30,062 nucleotides of DNA from Patescibacteria group bacterium (GTDB taxonomy: Bacteria; Patescibacteriota; JACMRA01), in assembly GCA_029935375.1 (NCBI GenBank), contig JAOZKL010000001.1:3290-33351 (forward strand), written 5' to 3'. This document shows positions 25,279 to 30,062 of the stretch, piece by piece (the first letter of the stretch is position 1; the number at the start of each line of letters is the position of its first letter). The translations under genes and the position numbers were made by a program. The notes below the pieces were generated by a model. It was given only the letters and a program-made list of their open reading frames with translations. It was not told where the DNA came from and did no database searches.

Positions 25279-26661
25279 ATGGCATCACCAAAGCTTTTTC
25301 ATCTACCTCTCCCACAAAATACTGAATTTGAGCTTAGGCAGAAAATTAGCAGTCTAGATAGTGATGCAAAGGCTTCTTTAACGTTTTTACAAAACCAATC
25401 GCTGATATTGGCAAACAAGTCTTTGTGTTATAGAAAAGTTTTACAATCAATGGATTTGTCCGCTATTGATGGTAACATCCTTCACTGGGCAATGTGGAAA
25501 AGCATGAAGGCTAGTTTTCTTCCAAGAAAATTTTCAGAACAGGTAACTACTCTACCCTTGTTTTTAAGATTTTTAATTTTTTTACCATCTTTTATAGTAC
25601 AATTTGTGTTGAACTATATTACTTTAATACTGGGGTTATTACTGAAGTATAACTATACAAAACATACAAAAACACAAAACATATCAGGTCACAAATTCAG
25701 TTTTGATCTGTTAAAACTTGCAAATAAAAAAAAGTGGAAAACTTTGATATTAAGTGAGAATACAGAAGCTGACATGGTTACCAAAGATTTGACAACTAGG
25801 CTTTATCCGGACTTAGATCTTATTTGGTGGGATCATAAAGTAAAAAACCTGGCAATAATGCTAGAAAATAAGGCTGAAACATCACAAATTAGTAGCAAAG
25901 AGGATGAGAAGTTTTTAAAAAAAAGAAAATCCAAAGTTAATCTTGATAATTTATTTGATCTATATCCAGAGTTATATGCTGCTCAAGAATTTATTATACA
26001 ACAAAGCCCCGATTTAATTATTACAACACTGCCAAATTATCATGGAGAGCAAGAGTTTTTTATGCATTTGTTGAAAATAAATAAAGATTTGAATTTTAGA
26101 CTAATAGCTGGGGTTGAGGATCACAATCTATTTAACTTTAAGAAAAATGTTATAACCTACTTTAAGAATATTTTGATGAAGCTTAAAAATTATATATTGT
26201 TGTTATTTTGGGCGACACAAAACGAATTTGTCTCTTTAATAAAAAAACCTTCTTTTAAGATTATAAATGTAGTGAAAAACATTAACTCTGATTATTTATT
26301 GGTACAGAATTCGGATAGTCTAGAGTATTCATTCCCTACTATCAGTGTTAAAAATTTCAAAAAACCTGAAGAAGAAGGTGTTGACTATATATCTAAAGAG
26401 TTCAATATAAAAACTTCAAATATTAATATTGAAGCGTTTTCAAAACAAATTGATAACCTAGAAGAGTCTGTTACGTTTTTAAATTTTATAAGAGATAGGT
26501 TGGATAAAAATTCTATTATAGAAAGAAGGGTGAATATAATGCATTATAACGCATCAGGTATTGTAAAAGATGATGTTAGTATAAAATGGGTTGCTGCAAA
26601 AGAATTACAAAAAGCACTGCCCGTCAATCAAAGATGTGTCGTAAGTATGCTAACAAATTAA
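25279..26661 (+). CDS. WecB/TagA/CpsF (GT26)-like glycosyltransferase fused to a degenerate NUDIX-like domain
   Basis: VLQSMDLSAIDG..LHWA, ISGHKFSFDLLKLA.KKKWK, LYPDL, IIQQSPDLII...EQEFF and LIAGV follow GT26 motif order. C-terminal YLLVQ..YSFP..PEEEGVDYISKEFNI..IKWV..KEL follows NUDIX order. Start at first ATG; the ORF-track start is GTG 25264. Confidence 0.65.
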   Translation: MASPKLFHLPLPQNTEFELRQKISSLDSDAKASLTFLQNQSLILANKSLCYRKVLQSMDLSAIDGNILHWAMWKSMKASFLPRKFSEQVTTLPLFLRFLIFLPSFIVQFVLNYITLILGLLLKYNYTKHTKTQNISGHKFSFDLLKLANKKKWKTLILSENTEADMVTKDLTTRLYPDLDLIWWDHKVKNLAIMLENKAETSQISSKEDEKFLKKRKSKVNLDNLFDLYPELYAAQEFIIQQSPDLIITTLPNYHGEQEFFMHLLKINKDLNFRLIAGVEDHNLFNFKKNVITYFKNILMKLKNYILLLFWATQNEFVSLIKKPSFKIINVVKNINSDYLLVQNSDSLEYSFPTISVKNFKKPEEEGVDYISKEFNIKTSNINIEAFSKQIDNLEESVTFLNFIRDRLDKNSIIERRVNIMHYNASGIVKDDVSIKWVAAKELQKALPVNQRCVVSMLTN

Positions 26662-27359
26662 TTTTGTAATAAAGAAGTTAATTCCTTTTCGATTAATGAC
26701 GCACCTCCTATTAAAAATCCTTCTATACCGTTTATTTTTGATAACTCTTCAATATTATCACTCTTTACACTTCCACCATACAAAACAGAGACTTTATTTC
26801 TGTCGTTATTTATTTGTTTAATTATTTTAACTGCGTTTTCAATATCATCAATACCAGCTGGCTTGCCTGATCCAATCGCCCATATAGGTTCATAAGCTAT
26901 ATATATCTGTTTATTTGTAAAGTTATCCAGAACGGGCTTTAGTTGTTCAATAATAACATTGTCATCGGACTGATCAATATTACTACTCGTGTATCCAATA
27001 CACAAAACTGGTATTAAGTTATTCTTATAGGCTTCTTCTATTTTTTTTATTATCGTACTGCTTGTGTTGGAATCTCTGAAAGTTTCTCTACACTCAGAAT
27101 GAGCAATTATACAATATTTTGCACCGCAACTAGCTGCCATTTTTGCAGAAATTTGAGAAGTATAGGCTCCAGAGTCATAACTGGAAATATTTTGGATACC
27201 TATCTGGTCGCAGGATTCTTTAGCTTGTTGTAGAAAAACACTTGGTGGGAATATTACAATATTTTTTCTAGAGGTCTTTTTATATATTGAAAGTAACTTT
27301 TCTGTATCGTTATAGCTATTTGGATTCATTTTCCAATTAAACATTAAAATTTTAGACAT
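26658..27359 (-). CDS. tpiA: Triosephosphate isomerase
   Basis: FNWKMN (catalytic Lys), IIAHSE (His), IAYEPIWAIGSG (Glu), VLYGGSV, GFLIGGASL. Confidence 0.95.
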   Translation of the reverse strand: MSKILMFNWKMNPNSYNDTEKLLSIYKKTSRKNIVIFPPSVFLQQAKESCDQIGIQNISSYDSGAYTSQISAKMAASCGAKYCIIAHSECRETFRDSNTSSTIIKKIEEAYKNNLIPVLCIGYTSSNIDQSDDNVIIEQLKPVLDNFTNKQIYIAYEPIWAIGSGKPAGIDDIENAVKIIKQINNDRNKVSVLYGGSVKSDNIEELSKINGIEGFLIGGASLIEKELTSLLQN

Positions 27360-27382
27360 ATATATAATTTTTTAATAAAGTT

Positions 27383-28534
27383 TTACTTAATTGTTTTTGT
27401 ATTCCAGTCATAGTTATTTAATACAACTTCCAATATATCATCAATTGTGCGAATACGGATATCTGGCACAATGCCAATTTGGTCTATTTCATCTCCATTT
27501 GGAGTATACCAATTAGCTATTGTTAATTTTAGGGTTCCATCGTCTTTTAGTGGGTACATTTGTTGCACAACTCCTTTTCCAAATGTAGTTTGTCCTATTA
27601 TCATAGTTCCGCGATTATCTCGTAAGCATCCTGTGACAATTTCACTTGCAGATGCTGTATTTTTGTCAGTTAGAACTATTATTGGATAGTCCTGTAGGGT
27701 ATTATCTTTTGTTGTGGATCTCAAATAACTACTCTCCTCTTTTGTTTTTTCTTTTACAACAATACTATCTGTCTTAACAAAATATGAAGAAACTTCTATT
27801 GTTTGGTCTAATAATCCTCCAGTATTACCTCTTAGATCTAAAATAATTTTCTCCACTTCTTTATTATTAATAATCTCTGAAGCAACTTGATTCATCGCAC
27901 TGTCTAATCCAGTACCAAATGAACTTATAGTTATTATTGCAACGGAATCTTTAAATACTAATTGAATAGGATCGATCCTTACGCTTCTTCTTTCAACTTT
28001 AAAATCCATCAATTCATCTCCCCGAAAAAATTGTAGATCAACGAATGTCCCTGGCTTGCCTTTAATTTTCTCTGCAATCTCATCAAAATCATAAAATTCT
28101 AAAACACTAGTATTATCAACGCTATATAATATATCTCCTGTATCAATACCATACTCTTGTGCTGGACTGTTTTTAAAAACTTTATCTATTCTATATTCAC
28201 CTTCGTCAATTCTAAATTGCACTCCTATTCCTTCGTATTGCTCATCTATATCTTTATTAAACTGACCAGCTTCTTCTTCTGTCATATAGTAACTGTATCT
28301 ATCGCCGAGTGAGCTTACAAACCCTCTCATTTGACCTTCATACAACTCTCTTTCGTTTGGATACTGACCTATATAATCTTTATCTATTATATCTTCTATT
28401 TGGTTTTTTGCATTCGAATCGATAGAAACAACATTGGGAGAGTATTTATCTAATAGCAACACAGTCGTTATGATTAATAAAATTGCAGATACCGATGCTA
28501 ACACAATCTCATTAATTCGTTTTTGTTTTGTCAT
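27383..28534 (-). CDS. ctpA: S41 family C-terminal processing peptidase (CtpA/Prc-like) with PDZ domain
   Basis: N-terminal TM, LGDRYS, PDZ YEGIGV..NSPA...GD.L, ILDLRGNTGG, catalytic Ser in TASASEI, Lys in TFGKGVVQ. Confidence 0.93.
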   Translation of the reverse strand: MTKQKRINEIVLASVSAILLIITTVLLLDKYSPNVVSIDSNAKNQIEDIIDKDYIGQYPNERELYEGQMRGFVSSLGDRYSYYMTEEEAGQFNKDIDEQYEGIGVQFRIDEGEYRIDKVFKNSPAQEYGIDTGDILYSVDNTSVLEFYDFDEIAEKIKGKPGTFVDLQFFRGDELMDFKVERRSVRIDPIQLVFKDSVAIITISSFGTGLDSAMNQVASEIINNKEVEKIILDLRGNTGGLLDQTIEVSSYFVKTDSIVVKEKTKEESSYLRSTTKDNTLQDYPIIVLTDKNTASASEIVTGCLRDNRGTMIIGQTTFGKGVVQQMYPLKDDGTLKLTIANWYTPNGDEIDQIGIVPDIRIRTIDDILEVVLNNYDWNTKTIK

Positions 28535-28571
28535 AATTAATAAAGTAATTAATATATAATAAAATAAAATA

Positions 28572-28586
28572 TGTCAACCATTGACA
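28572..28586. promoter_or_regulatory. Back-to-back -35 boxes between ctpA and mraY
   Basis: TGTCAA-CCA-TTGACA inverted repeat in the divergent intergenic region; the -10 boxes are weak. Confidence 0.4.
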
Positions 28587-28660
28587 AAAATGAAAGGTTG
28601 GTAAAAACTGTTTTTGTTTAATAAAAGAAATTTTCTCTTCTTTAAAATACGTATATTAAT

Positions 28661-29866
28661 ATGATACAAAACGACCCTGAAATATATTTACAAGCTGCAA
28701 AAATGTTTACTTATTTTGGTCTTGCATTTCTTATAGCAATGTGGCTATCTCCTTTCTTAATTGCACTATTAAAAGGCCTGAAGTTTTGGAAAAAAACCAG
28801 TAGAAAAATGTCAGCAACTGGAGAAAAACTTACTGTAACCGCCCAATTCTACAAAGAGAATGAGGAAAATGAAGACAGAAAAAAAACACCAAGAGCTGGA
28901 GGTATATTAATATGGGTTACAACTTTATTATTAGCTTTGATTTTTTGGGTTGCACTGAAAATTGATCCAGATGACAGCTTGATTCAGTTCCTCAACTTTG
29001 TAGATAGGAGAGAGACTTTTATACCACTTGGGGCATTATTTTTTTCAGCTTTATTAGGATTGGCAGATGATATCCTTGTAGTATTACCTACGGGAGGAAA
29101 TTATTTTGCTGGTGGATTGAGACTCAGTCAGCGGGCTGGAGGAGTGGCTATTATCAGTTTTTTGGTTGGGCTTTGGTTTCATCTAAAAATTGGAGACAAA
29201 ATGCATACTATTACCCTTCCATGGTGGAATAGCGTAGAAAATGGATGGTATAAACTTAATTTGGAAAACATTTCACTACCTTTCACTTTTTTGGATAATT
29301 TCTTACAAAATAGTTTTGGTTGGGATATGCATATATCTAATGGAGGCTGGCTAATTATACCGATTACTTTGGTGGTCTTAATGAGTTTATGGGGATCTTC
29401 GATTATAGATGGGTTTGATGGTCTTGCAGCAGGAACTCTAATTCCAGTATATTTTGCTTTTGCGGGACTTGCTTTTGCACAATCTTCTTATGATATCGCA
29501 ACATTTTTAGCTGTAATTACTGGAGCACTTGTTGCCTACCTATGGTTTAATATTCCACCGGCTAAGTTTTATATGGGAGATACTGGTAGCCTTAGTTTGT
29601 TGATTGTAATAGGGGTGGTAGCTATGTTGCTGGATAAAATCTATATCCTGCCGATCGTTGGACTAATCCTGTATATAACACTTTTTTCTGCTATCATTCA
29701 GATATTTTCTAAGAAAGTTTTTAAGAAAAAAGTTTTTTTAGCTGCTCCATATCATCATCATCTTGAAGCTAAGGGGTGGGAGCGCAATCAAGTTACCATG
29801 AGATTTTGGTTAATTTCTATAATTACTTCTATACTTGGGTTTGCAATGGGTATAATAATAGTTTAA
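28661..29866 (+). CDS. mraY: Phospho-N-acetylmuramoyl-pentapeptide transferase
   Basis: KKTPRAGG, LGLADD, IIDGFDGLA, FNIPPAKFYMGDTGS, FLAAPYHHHLE..GW...VTMRFW; multiple TMs. Confidence 0.95.
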   Translation: MIQNDPEIYLQAAKMFTYFGLAFLIAMWLSPFLIALLKGLKFWKKTSRKMSATGEKLTVTAQFYKENEENEDRKKTPRAGGILIWVTTLLLALIFWVALKIDPDDSLIQFLNFVDRRETFIPLGALFFSALLGLADDILVVLPTGGNYFAGGLRLSQRAGGVAIISFLVGLWFHLKIGDKMHTITLPWWNSVENGWYKLNLENISLPFTFLDNFLQNSFGWDMHISNGGWLIIPITLVVLMSLWGSSIIDGFDGLAAGTLIPVYFAFAGLAFAQSSYDIATFLAVITGALVAYLWFNIPPAKFYMGDTGSLSLLIVIGVVAMLLDKIYILPIVGLILYITLFSAIIQIFSKKVFKKKVFLAAPYHHHLEAKGWERNQVTMRFWLISIITSILGFAMGIIIV

Positions 29867-29893
29867 ATGTAATAATAATAACAAACAATACTT

Positions 29894-30062
29894 ATGACTA
29901 AAATGTATAAAACGAAATTTTGGAACAAACTACCAATTGTTAACAAAGTAAATGATAGTGAAAAAATATTTCTACATACGAGAGCCCATGTAATATTGAT
30001 AACATTAAAAGCCATTGGTTTTGTATTGGTATCCATAATGTTATATACTATGAGTATTGTTA
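29894..30062 (+). CDS. Partial membrane protein, possibly bacterial PH-domain family; runs off the right edge
   Basis: Open frame MTKMYKTKFWNKLPIVNKVNDSEKIFLHTRAHVILITLKAIGFVLVSIMLY...; the E.I...R.H motif before a TM resembles PH-domain membrane proteins. Confidence 0.5.
   Translation, partial: MTKMYKTKFWNKLPIVNKVNDSEKIFLHTRAHVILITLKAIGFVLVSIMLYTMSIV

Noticed and set aside
26658-27359. TpiA substitutions (AHSECR for GHSERR; TSQIS for TGEIS)
   Set aside because: Catalytic Lys, His and Glu and the phosphate loops are retained; ordinary divergence.
2970-27689. The remaining short ORF-track entries (60-150 aa) overlapping longer genes, e.g. 3276-3644, 6076-6522, 9549-9824, 19593-19865
   Set aside because: All lie antisense to or inside well-supported genes and show no recognisable motifs.
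1-30062. CRISPR arrays, tRNA/rRNA, riboswitches, IS elements, prophage genes
   Set aside because: Intergenic gaps are under about 170 bp, and I saw no regularly spaced repeats, cloverleaf motifs, transposase or integrase motifs; small RNAs could be missed by eye.

Overview
AT-rich, very compact bacterial window with 32 protein genes (30 complete, plus one partial gene at each edge). I found no rRNA, tRNA, CRISPR array or mobile element. The gene content suggests a Patescibacteria/CPR-like reduced genome, but this is inference and I cannot assign the lineage. Housekeeping genes: glyA, dgkA, tuf, radA, ftsE, lysS, clpP, holB-like, rpmE, uppS, lepB, tpiA, an S41 protease and mraY. Also present: two L,D-transpeptidases, a clan-A glycoside hydrolase and an OLD-type ATPase-TOPRIM nuclease. 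Main oddities: (1) PriA is split into two divergent genes and has lost helicase motifs. (2) AlaRS is present only as a separately transcribed C-terminal half. (3) The PolA-type 5'-3' exonuclease is a standalone gene. (4) LysRS has a ~105-aa insertion and a C-terminal DUF2000-like (PTH2-fold) domain. (5) A DLD-family flavoprotein and a TagA-NUDIX fusion look catalytically degenerate. (6) None of the 30 complete genes uses TGA, either as stop or in frame. (7) About 29 of 32 starts have T at -1 and nearly all lack a Shine-Dalgarno motif. All family calls come from motifs recognised by eye; no searches were run. Several starts were moved downstream of the ORF-track start.
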